DNA of 64,000 nucleotides, from positions 349,246,001-349,310,000 of the forward strand of contig OZ024743.1 of NCBI GenBank assembly GCA_964016885.1. The letters run 5' to 3'. The notes beneath the pieces are model-generated. The model searched no databases and was not told the DNA's origin. It saw only the letters and a list, made by a program, of their open reading frames with translations. Shown here one piece after another: positions 52,046 through 64,000 of this stretch. Each line of letters opens with the position of its first letter. The first letter of the stretch is position 1. The position numbers and the translations under genes were made by a program. The DNA comes from Eledone cirrhosa. Taxonomy: Eukaryota.

Positions 52046-52693
52046 ATATACAGTATATATATATATAACTAATAGAATAGGTTCTTTTAAATGATGTTAT
52101 ATCGATATTCGCATATTTGTGTAAAACATTTCAAAACACTAAAATGTTTTGTATTTATTCTCTGTAAAATGGTCCTGTTAACTGCATGCTCAAATATAGT
52201 CAATTTCGGTAAATCACATAACATTTGCGACATTTTGAGTAAACACCTGCAAATGTAATAGAATAAACTATTTATTAATTTGATTTGTATAACGAAATAA
52301 AATACGAGTCACCAATCTTTTCTACTTACCGGTCATAAAAGTGTCATGAGCATTAATGCTATTCATATCCCTATTAATACTATTCATATATGGTCTAGGA
52401 CCATTGCCATAACGATGTACCATTTAATTGCAAGTTTTGATTTTGTAATTATTTAGTAGGTATTTCTTAATCTGGTGTTGGATGGATGCAATTTTATTTT
52501 CGCATATATTAACTTATTATTCAAGATATTTACACATGGTTTCTTCAAACATGTATTTGAACTTGGAAATATTTGAAACTTTTACTTTATAATTTCACGT
52601 TGAAATATGTTGAAATATCTCTCATAAGTATTGATCAATAACTTGCCCACAATCTACAATTTAATATCCAATGTATTTAAATATATTTCTCAG

Positions 52694-52870
52694 TAGACCC
52701 AGTGGTAGACCTCGAGCAAGATGGTTGGATAACATCCATGACCTTGGATTGCCTCACCTGGGATCCAACTGGATCAATTGTAGAGTGTTGCTTCTAATAG
52801 GACTCTCTGGAATGCTAGTCTTATTACTCTGCCCTCGGGAGCCTCATAGGAAAAGTGGGGAAAGAAGAAG
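52694..52870 (+). mobile_element. RTE-like LINE extreme 3' fragment (family R2)
   Basis: RPSGRPRARWLDNIHDLG, ending in a short (AAG)n. Confidence 0.78.
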
Positions 52871-55177
52871 TAAATACATTTTAAAATATCTGAGAAAAAT
52901 ATGTTTAATGAGTAAAATATCTGAGAAAAGTTATTATCCAAACACTGATTTCACTATAAAATTAATTAACGGTTCGTGTACTTGACCATGATTCAACCAT
53001 TGTGCATTAATATCGATTAGTAAATCATTGAACTTATCTAATTGTCAAATGATCTCTTTTAGTCGCAGCTCTCATCGTGTCATTGGAATCTCGAATATCT
53101 ACTTTCTCACACATTGCCTATATCAGAACTTGTTATGAAAGTCATGATATAAATATCGTGCATATTTAAAGAAATTTAATTATAATCAATATGTGAAATT
53201 AATATGAGAAATTAATATTTGAAATGTTAAAATTTCCAGTTACTAAATGGAAAGTGACTACCAACAATTTAAATAAACTCTATGATTAGAGGTGTTTCTG
53301 TTAAGTTGTGATATATGTGCATAATTTGCGAACTTCAAAAGACTTTTCTTCTCGGAAAAACTGGCACTTCTATTCACAGCTAGCTCTTCACACAGTGTAG
53401 AAAAAAAGTTTATCAACGCCATACTAAATTTTAAAATAATTCGTCCGCTTGTTTTTTGCAATAATTTTTTTTTTTAAATCGCATTTGGGTTCATAAATTT
53501 AAAAAATTAAAGAATTAATAAAGAAAAAGGTAAAATCATGTACTTGTCATAACGTGTTAATCTGTGCAAGAGACCAACGTTAAGTCGCTAATTGTTTTTA
53601 ATATGGTACCAGCTGTTAATTGATGAGATGTAATATAAAGTGCCGTATCATTAAATAATATTAAAAAATACAATTTTAAAACTAATATGGCAAATTTGTT
53701 TAATGCTTGTCCAAATTCAAGGAGATTTTATAATATGATATTCCAGACAGATTATCTTTTTTAAGTCCACAAATCCCGCAGTGGGCTACTACTAACTTAC
53801 GTCTCAAAAGTTAGCCTTCACTATTATAAGCTGTATAGATCGATAACCAATTAAAAATCTCTAAATGCACTGCTATTGACAAAATGCTGTTCTTATTTTA
53901 TTACATAATCTATACAAGTGTAATATAGACACAATACTTTGCTACTCACAATGAATTAAAATTTCATAATATCTTCATTTATATATGGATACCATTAATT
54001 GCATAAGAATTTCATTCCCTGGGGCTACTCTATTAAGCATAATCAACTGTAATATTATACTCGGAAACAATCGTTCCAAAACACGGCTTCAGATTAATTT
54101 TTCCGGGTTTCTAACAAAGCTAAGACAAGCAAGGAATTACTATCTTTCAATAATAATCTATAATTGAGAAACAAGGCCAGCAATTTGTAAGAGGGGAAAT
54201 CGAAATAATGAAAGGCAAAGCAGACTTCAGTAGGATTTGAAATTAAAACGCAAATGGCTGGGCCTAAAGACTTCCGTCAATTCAACACCCTTAGGTATTT
54301 CTCAATAGTAAAAATAATTTATGATAGATATAACCATGTTGAAGATGATGGAGATGGGGAGAAAGGGTTTGTGAGAGAATGTAGTAGGGAGACGAAAGGA
54401 ATTGTAATGATTGGATTTCATTCGGTTTTCCATCATAATTGATGGCATCTTGTTTAAGTGTTTTATAACATAGGCTCGAATTGACCCAATAATTGTGAGT
54501 GAAACTCGGTAAACAGAAAGTGTTTGAGATATCACCGAACGTAGTGTACCTATAATTCAGAGGGCCAGTTTAATTGCATAGAGTATTTACACTAAAAATC
54601 CCTGTCATTTACTATAAGGGTACACGTGTTTGTGGAATACTCAAACACATAAACTTTAATTTAACAAATAATCCCTTCCGTTGATCGAAAAACTGTAACA
54701 CTCGTCGTCGAAATCAACCGAGCTCTATTTACTTTATAACCGAAGTGTGGGGTATAAAATAACATAAAACCAAATAAAATAAGATAAAAATAAAATATGT
54801 AATTATCAGAGTAATAAAAAAAATTCTACAGTTTCAAAACTACACATTCGGAATGTTTCAAGTCCAGCCAAATGACAAGAGACATCGTTAAAAAAATTTG
54901 GAATGTTCCATAGCGTATAACACCTCAGGCAAAGCTTGCCATACGATTGATATCTTACCGTTTCAATTATATTATGATTGATTACATATTCCCCTTCAGT
55001 TGGTCTCTGATGTTGTCTTACTTTATTTAGTGTTGCTTATATGTGAGTATCAATATGTCTCTGGGTGTGCCTGAAAATGTTGTTTGAGTGTATTTTCTCT
55101 CTTTCCTTCCGTTTTTCTATTTGATAAAATGTATTTTATGGGGGAGAACGTTGCTCACAAAAAAATCATTCAAGTAT

Positions 55178-55401
55178 AATAATTGTTTCTATTTTAGGCC
55201 ATAGGCCAGCAATTTGAAGGAAAGAGGGGAAAGTCGATTAAATCGACCCCAGTACATTTCTGGTACTTTATTTTATCGACCCTGGAAGGATGAAAGCCAA
55301 GCTAACTTAGGCAGGATTTGAACCCAGAACGCAAAGAGCCGTAACTCTATACCGCGAAGCATTTGGTTCGACGCTCTACCTATACTGCCAATCCATCACC
55401 C
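55178..55401 (-). mobile_element. tRNA-derived SINE, long form
   Basis: Contains the GTCGAT-taa-ATCGAC segment absent from short-form copies. More degraded relatives lie near 47950, 54170 and 56400. Confidence 0.88.
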
Positions 55402-55582
55402 TTAAGATAATAATAATAAAAAATGAAGATGATGATGATGATCAAAGATTTATATTTATAAATCTTTTTTCAAGTCTACAGGAAAAAAAATGAGTTTTTC
55501 ACCCACCTCTGTCTAACAGTTGAGAAATTCCTACTTTTGTAATAAATATGCATATGTATATATCACTTTCTCACCGTACACA

Positions 55583-55681
<99 letters not shown>

Positions 55682-56597
55682 GTATAAATGATTATTTATA
55701 CAAACAAATACATAAAGAAATGCATAAACGTACGCACATGTTAATATATACATTGATACAGAAAGAAACAAAAATACATATATACTCTTTGTATTCGAAC
55801 ATTTTGCAATATATTTTGGAATAGCCTTACATATAAAAAAAATCAAAATAAATTATGAAGTAGGTATGCGACGCATACAAACATACACTTGCATCTATTA
55901 TACCTTATACATATATATGAAACACTGTTGCAAATAAACACACTGTTACAAATAAACACATGTATATGTATGTCCATACATTTATACATACATGCATACA
56001 TACATACATACACACATACATACATACACGCAGACATATTTCAATGTCTGTAGGAACACACACACAATACAAAAACGCATATATAAACTTCCAGCTGAAA
56101 ACATCCCTACCATATATCATGAATGACTGATCTATCACATTTCCCGCTTCGATCCATCTTAATATCGCTGCCTTGTAACATAGGATGTGGCAGTAGTATT
56201 AGTGATAGCTAGGGTTAGGGATAAACTTGTTGTTATTGTTGTAGATGATGATTGAGCTGGTGGTGGTTGCAGTAAGAGAATTAATATCAGTAGTTGTAGT
56301 AGTAGTGGTGATAGTGGTTGTAGTAATAGTACAACTGCTGTTGAAGTTGTTTTGCTGTTTCAGATTGTGGTGTTGATTGTTGATGAATATGGCGTCAAAT
56401 TGGTAAAGTATTTAGACCGTCGGTTAGAATGGTTGTGATATCCTTTCTGGCTCTTTATGTTCTGGGTTCACATCCCAGCGATGCCACCTTTGCATTTCAT
56501 CATTTCGTGTTTGATAAATAGAGAACATTCTCGTGATGGGATCGATTAATCTCCTCTCTCTCTCCTCCTCTATCTCTCCCTCTCTCACTCACTCCCC

Positions 56598-56636
<39 letters not shown>

Positions 56637-56922
56637 ACATTCTCCGACCATACACACATATCCTTTATTTCTCTTTGTTCGTCTTTCTATTTCCCTCGCT
56701 CTCACACCCGTTCTCTCTGTTGTTGTTGTTTTGTTTTTTGTTGGAAGAAATTGCGTTTCAGACCCGAAGAGAGCTGTGGGTACCCAGATTTCATTGCCCA
56801 ATATTTGTAATACAGCAAGCCTTCATCCGATTACAAAAGTTGTTGAACGTCAAAAGAAGGAAGCAAGTAATTGAAGTATTTATCGTAGTAGTAAGTGCAG
56901 AACCATGTAATAATATTGCATT

Positions 56923-57112
56923 GGCGGCGGATTGGCAGTGTCGGTAGAGCGTCAGACATCATGCTTTGTAGCATATAGTTATGGACCTTTACGTTCTGAG
57001 TTCAAATCTTGTCGAGGTTAAATTTGTCTTTCATCCTTACGGTGACGATAAAATAAAGCACCAGCAATGCGCTGGGATAATTGCTGGTTTGTGCCAAAAG
57101 TAAAAACAATTA
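56923..57112 (+). mobile_element. tRNA-derived SINE
   Basis: Full-length, moderately diverged copy. Confidence 0.88.
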
Positions 57113-57885
57113 TTGCTGTAAGAGTTGTGGTTGTTGTTACTACTGTTGTCCAACTCCGTTACTTCCAAGTTTCGTAGTGATCTGTGATCAAAGGTGTTCT
57201 AGCTGTCATCAACTTGTCTTCATTCAGAAACAATATTTACGAACTATATTGAATAAATATAAATCCCTGCTCTTTAAATATAAGGGGTTAAAATTTGAGT
57301 AAGATTAACTGACATTGTCTTCAAGAACAAATGATCACGTAGTCATTATCACATTGAAGCGTACTAATGTTGATTTATTCCCGGCCACATTGATGGAACA
57401 GGCATACTAATTGTTGCCGACTCCTTGGGTTGATATTGTCAAGGACTACATTAGTTTAGTGTCATTTAATTCTTGAAGACTATATTGTGAGATTCGGATG
57501 AAACTTGGTTCTTACTTCTAGGAAGTACAATAACAACATAAATTTTCCCCGTCTGTACTGTGTTTTTGTTGTTGTTGATGTTGAGGTGAGGTTTGTATCT
57601 GCATCCGCATATAACTAGTCCACTCAATATCGAGAAGGAGAAAAGAATGGGGACTATTAGAGAATGGCCAACGTGTTGTTCCAGACTGCAAATGGCCTAC
57701 CTGTATAGGGGTTACTGTCCTTCCTATGTTTGTAGTAATGTTGCCCACAGGTTTCTTCCTATGTTTGTAGTAATGTTGCTCACAGGTTTCAAGTATTCCC
57801 TATGTATTTTTCCTTCAATTACCAACTGCATTTTGGCAATCCGTTCCACTCTCGTCCTCTTACTGTCTTTTTTCTCTCATTATTT

Positions 57886-57919
57886 CTTCTGGTGAAGGAC
57901 TAGCGTCCGAAACGTTAAG
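57886..57919 (+). ncRNA. Degenerate minimal hammerhead motif
   Basis: CTT CTGgTGA A GGAC-tagc-GTCC GAA ACGT T^ AAG; one core substitution. Confidence 0.55.
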
Positions 57920-57994
57920 CGTTTTTCAAGCGTTAACCTAATATATTCCTTCCATATACTGGACTGATTGTGTTGTTATTTCTGTTTATCTTTT

Positions 57995-58107
<113 letters not shown>

Positions 58108-58308
58108 TGTAATAAACAACATAAGATAATTATTTCATTTACCAGTGGTTTCTTGAAAGCAAACAAATCTGCTTTCAGTCTTCAGAATGAAAAAATCCTG
58201 GTGTTTTTATTGAACGTGGATTTGAAAAAAAAAATATACAAATTATGAAAGTGAGGCTCAAGGAAGAAGAAAAAAAGATTATAAATATATAACTATATAA
58301 ACACACAG

Positions 58309-58356
<48 letters not shown>

Positions 58357-58405
58357 ACATACATACACATACACAAAAGTATATTATATTCATATATATA
58401 TACTT

Positions 58406-58470
<65 letters not shown>

Positions 58471-59236
58471 ACGGTAAAAACCAGGTAGACCATTACTCAC
58501 CAGAGTACTCGATAATTGGGGTAGTAGAGTGGGTTATAAGACATATTCTGGACCTTGACATCTGAGCTCCGGCCTTTATGGATATGCATAATGTTAACGA
58601 GGAAAAACAAAAGAACTCGAACGTATGAAGTTACTCTGTGCATACAGTAGGTTGATGTGAAGTGATGTGAAGGGGATCTGAAAAATGATGGGAAGCATTT
58701 TCATCCGACTGCAACCCAACTACGTAAAAGGCTCCACACAAATACAGTACCATACTCATTCAGCACAACACATGTATCTTCAAACGAGCGCCAGCAATTG
58801 CTGGATGTCGCTAGTTTGGGACGCATACATACCTATACATACACATATACTTCTACATGCATGTAATAATGTTGGGAGTGAAGGTATATGGAGTAGTAAT
58901 GTGATATTTTGATTGGTCTTGAAAGAAGGGGTATGTTTATATGATGCAAACTTAGGTGTGAGTCGGCACATTTTTTGTGCATAGAACTCTAACTCATTTC
59001 CGTTGTGAGACCGGTGGGCCAAATTGAGTGGATATGCATGGTTGTGAGAAGAGATGTGTGTTATGTGTTAGTAGATGGGTATATATACATATATGTCTTG
59101 TGTGGTATGTAAGGTTGTTGTGTGAGGGTGTGTATTGGTGTGGTAGTTGGTGACGCGTGATTAGACGCGCGTGCGTATGTGCGCGTTTGTGTAGTGTGTG
59201 TGTGTATGGTTGTGTGTTTGTACTTGTGTGTGTACG

Positions 59237-59267
<31 letters not shown>

Positions 59268-59642
59268 ATATTCGGAGGTTATAGAAACTGTGGGGGAAGG
59301 TGGTTCCAACGTAGACAATCAACAATTGCTTAAAAAGATAGAATCACGTTATAAATTACTTTGAATTTGTTGTAAAGTTTACAAAATTATTATAAACCTT
59401 TTCAAATAAGTATGATTCTTTGTTAGAAGAGGGATTCTAACGTTGCGCATATCCCATCCTAAAACCTGTGAAGTCTCATTGATGTTGCGTTATCAAAGAA
59501 ATAATACTGCAGTGTAAACGTTATGGGATCGTCGGAATTCTTTATGACACATTTCATATATTATACACTGGACATAAAATCAGCTACACAAGACCATTCA
59601 AACATATACATACATAAATGCATACATACATGTATACACGTC

Positions 59643-59688
<46 letters not shown>

Positions 59689-59724
59689 TTAGTCCTTCAT
59701 CAGTGATCTTCCAACCTTCATTTG

Positions 59725-59790
<66 letters not shown>

Positions 59791-60198
59791 GTATATATAT
59801 ATATGTATATATATACATATATATATGTGTATGTATATGCATGTGTGTGTATGCGTGAATGCGTTCGTGTCTTTTTATTTCCAAATGGTAAATAAACAAG
59901 AGAAATATATTTATATAAAAATGTATTCAGCAGAAAGATAAACGAAATCCTATATTTAGTCCCACCCAACGAGAAACGGTATGAATAAATATATAGATTG
60001 AAAATATGAAAGAGGAAATACTTGTGTTTCAGTTTGAGATGAAACATAAAACAAGGATAATTGTAGTCTGAATCCGTCGACAACAAGACTATTGATAAAG
60101 TGAGCCCAAGAAAAATTATGCGCTCTGGTTCTCTCTCTCTCTCTGCCCCCTCTCTCTCCCTCCCTCTCTCTCTCTCTTTCCCTTTCTCTCTCTCTCTC

Positions 60199-60241
<43 letters not shown>

Positions 60242-60247
60242 ATATAA

Positions 60248-60416
60248 TATATAAGATCAAAAGATGGTTAAAGGAGTTCCATGTATTTTATTATGCGCAT
60301 TTCAAAAACAAACATCATCATGCAATAATATTTGTGTTTTCATCAGATAAAACAGGAGAACATGATATGAAGGCTAAAAAACACTTGTGGATAGTGCAGT
60401 TTTAAATCAACATATG
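60248..60416 (-). mobile_element. Family A HHR module with an intact ribozyme at 60286-60352
   Basis: Near-identical to 50504-50673; the 3' end abuts TA-rich microsatellite. Confidence 0.88.
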
Positions 60417-60919
60417 TTGTTTCCTAACGCGTGTCAGATTTTCCACTCTGCAGTTATATATACTTATATATACATAAATGAAGTTAATACATTACATATC
60501 GCAACCCACTAGCAGATCGTGATCCTGGAAACTGTTATAGCAGTATGGGTACAATATTATCTTACCCACACAAAGACATCTACCTCGCTGTTTAATGAAA
60601 AATGCCCCTCTGGTCAGGCGGGTTTGAACGAGTTTTCTCATATATGTGGATTAATAAAGAGCCCAAAATCTATACCTTGAGATCATTAAATTATAGGGGA
60701 TTAATTTGAGTTTTTAACTACGTTTTTAATTTTATATATATATATATATTTATATATAATAGGAACGAGTAGGACCCCGACTCTGAGCTCAAGCCGTTAC
60801 CACGGCTAATTCTGGACTAAAAGAAACTGTTATATATATATAGCGGCGATGAATTAGTTTTGCGAATTATTAATTATTAATTATGGCAATATTACACAAA
60901 TATGACCCTCCCCAAGTAT

Positions 60920-60975
<56 letters not shown>

Positions 60976-61194
60976 AGATAATGGGAAAATAGTCAGACCC
61001 CCGACAGCAGAGCTCACGCCGTTACTACCTACAGTATTGAGTACGCTGGTGCGTTATGGTCCACCTGGTTCCTTACCACACTTCTTTCGTTATATATGTA
61101 GATATATATATATTAATATTTAAATTGTTAAAGCTATGTTATAAAGACGATACTAATTATTAGGTAATCAATAATATTTAACTGGAAGTAAATA

Positions 61195-61570
61195 GAATTG
61201 GCAGTATTGGTAGAGGGCCAGACGCCATACGTTGCAGCATAGAGTTGCGGCCCTTTAAGATCTGAGTTCAAATCCCGCCGAGGTTATCTTTGCCTTTCAT
61301 CCTTACGAGGTAGATAAAATAAAGTACCAGTAACGTACTGGGATAATTGCTGCCCTTGTGCCAAAAGTAGAAACAATTATTAGAATTGTCAGTATCGGTA
61401 GAGGGTAGGACGCCATGCTTTGGAGCATAGAATTATGGCCCTTGCCATTCTGAGTTCAAATCCCGCCGAGGTTAACTTTGCCTTTCATCCTTACCTGGTC
61501 GATAAAATAAAGTACCAGTAATGCACTGGGTAATTGCTGGTCTTGTGCCAAAAGTAGAAACAATTATTAT
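61195..61570 (+). mobile_element. Two tandem SINE copies (61195-61380, 61384-61570)
   Basis: Head-to-tail family copies. Confidence 0.9.
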
Positions 61571-62011
61571 AGATAAATATGTAATATTTACGCATTTCAG
61601 AATATTAGGGTTAGGGAGGTATTTCAAGGGTTTATACCGGTGATAGAATTAAGAAGTATACTTTTAATTTTGCGTTATCTAAATAATATTGTTAAGTACA
61701 TATATTTGAATCATACATACTTATCTAAAGAATGTTTCATTTATATATGGCAATGAGATATATGTTTGTGAGATATTTAAGAAAATTAATAAATTCTATT
61801 GAAATTGTGAAATATAAATTTAAGGTCAAACCTAAAGATGATCAGATGTGATACACTAGTATATTGTATTAAATAAATCAATATACAGTTTTAATAATGT
61901 ATCTGTATCATATATCATATATAAATGTTAAAGATTACTGACAGATTACATCATTATGAATCTAACTTAAGATTAAGTACTAGAAGTTGTATACATATAT
62001 ATTTAAATATA

Positions 62012-62369
62012 TACGACACGGTTCACAAATTTCGTGGAAAACGTATATAGTGAAAGGTCATATGCAGGGATTCTGACCTCAATGCACCTGTACGTTTCCG
62101 TACTAACTTGGCATAACATGTTCTAACATGGACCCTTAAATGCATGCTGCTTCGTGGCGCCGCCAGTCGGAATTTAGCACCCTCTCGAGCAATATAACCT
62201 CTATCAAACCATTAAATTCATGGTGAATCTAGGATGGATGAGCAGCGAAATCATTGAGGCTCTGGGGCAATTTTATGGGGACAATACCTCAAAGAAATCA
62301 ACAACCTACAAATGGATAAGTCGTTTTAGAATTGGAAGAGATGAAGTTGAAGAATATCCCCAGTTGGCG
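62012..62369 (+). mobile_element. Mariner transposon 5' remnant (Hsmar2/irritans-like)
   Basis: 62205-62369 reads QTIKFMVNLGWMSSEIIEALGQFYGDNTSKKSTTYKWISRFRIGRDEVEE (mariner N-terminal HTH). TA-CGAcacggTTCAcAAAtTTCgTGGAAAA resembles a left TIR. Confidence 0.82.
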
Positions 62370-64000
62370 ATGTAAATAAATGTTTGTGTGTATGTCTGTA
62401 TCTCTATGAATTTTACCTCTATCTCTCTACTATTTAATGAAGCCTCCCTCCTTTCCCTTTCTTCTCCTTCATCTTCTTTCGCATATTAACTATTCTCTCT
62501 TTCTTCCTCCTCCATTTTGTGATAAATCAAGAAAACCTTTTATGCAAAACATTGGGCGTTTTCAAAAGTATTTAGTTACCACTTTCCTGATTTCTGCCAT
62601 CTCTCGTAAAAAATATTTTTTGATAATAGTTTCACTGTTCTGTAACACTAATAACAGAGTCGAGAACACTCTATTACCATCTTCATTACTATCAACATCA
62701 GATTCACTACTTCCTACGTCATAAATTCTACTATATCTCATACATGTTTCTTATGTCAACAACATCTTGTACACCATGAATAAGTACTTGAATTTTATTC
62801 ATATGACATCCTGCATTCTTCAGAAAAAATCCATAGAAACATTCGGTAATGTCATTTCGTCATTGGTGAATGATTAAAAGAAGATTTGACTCTTATTTTA
62901 TGCAAGTCCATCAAGTACGTAGATATATATATATATATATATTTAATCGACTTCCTATGCTTTCTCTCATATAGTGATCCTTCTATGGCTATCAGCATTA
63001 GAAGTTTCACAAGATATTTCGAGAACTTTGAACCATTCTCAGAATACGTTCTAAAAAATCTTGATATTCACGTAATATACCACGTGCGCTTTCCAAGACG
63101 ATCATCGTATTATATCAGTTTTGTTTCCTCTATTAACATGGGTAGAACATATTTTTATAATTTCGTCTTTAGCCTTTTAACATAATGTTTAGCCACTAGT
63201 CAAAAACTAATAAAAATTATATAATACACAGGATGTGTTGAGCGGTCAGAAATTGAAGGCTTTAACGTTAAGTATATGGTTGTATTTTATAGTTGTTGCT
63301 CCATATTTTCCCGGCAGGTTTGACTCTGTAGCTTCTGGGTTCAAGTGTTTTTAGGGGCGTGTTTGATTCCTAACATTCCATATTTAAACAATAGAGGTTG
63401 TGAAGAGTTGTTGTAATTTCTTGCAGAGTATGTTTGCTAATATAACTGAGGTGCCTGTAGAATTACTGATGCACTAAAGAACTAAACAGAAGCAGCAATG
63501 TAATGAGAATCAATACCAAATCCTGTCCTCTTGTTTTCCACGAAGATGAGAACATACAACTCAGCAGTGTATCATCGCAATTCAATAATGATATTTCTGC
63601 AATGTTCTTATAACTGGAATGTGCAGCGGGATTTGAAGGGAGACGCATGTTACCAAGCCATGCTGCAATAGTGTAGGAACCCAACATAATTTTGGCACAG
63701 ACGGTGTTTTGGCAAGGCAATGTGGAATGGGCACATATAGTGAAATAAGCTGTGTATTATATGAAGGTCTTAAGGAATTGTATGATGCATTAGAATGGTA
63801 GTGTACGGTACTTCCAATATGGAAAGGTTTTCGGAACAATGTACCTAGATATATGATGCTCTACCTTGACAGCGTTTGAGGGAAGAAGAATGGTAGTTCA
63901 GTAATATGGGAACTTGAGAGGAGAGCAAAAGTGCATCATCATGGATATGATAGAATCATGTGAGTAAAAGATCAAAGCTGAAAGCACAGAATAAATCCTT

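Noticed and set aside
49305-52424. Minus-strand exon candidates (CTVDQKTATIVIRTDRCPTLNQ near 49305-49370; MVHRYGNGPRPY..FMT near 52330-52423)
   Set aside because: The phases are incompatible with each other, the acceptor is weak and no homology was recognised.
62570-63900. Coding-looking minus-strand stretches near the window end
   Set aside because: They are short, stop-interrupted frames with no recognisable motif.

Overview
AT-rich, microsatellite-saturated animal DNA. It is probably an octopod cephalopod, inferred only from the resemblance of the dominant tRNA-derived SINE to Octopus OR-type SINEs. No complete protein-coding host gene is visible; almost all ORFs in the track are translations of (TA)n, (CA)n, (GA)n or (AAG)n repeats or of SINEs. 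The window is a mosaic of about 20 copies of one SINE, four Penelope-like elements (PLE; RT plus GIY-YIG, one nearly full length), RTE and R4-like LINE relics, three non-autonomous Helitron families and an Hsmar2-like mariner fragment. The notable signal is a dense set of type I hammerhead ribozyme (HHR) motifs from several unrelated repeat families. Two related families form near-identical tandem 467-bp and 472-bp units with one minimal HHR per unit (retrozyme-like) and a conserved octamer module. At least six HHR-bearing insertions share one geometry: two arms joined head-to-head, ribozymes facing outward, and outer ends in or next to (TA)n. All coordinates and folds were read by eye.
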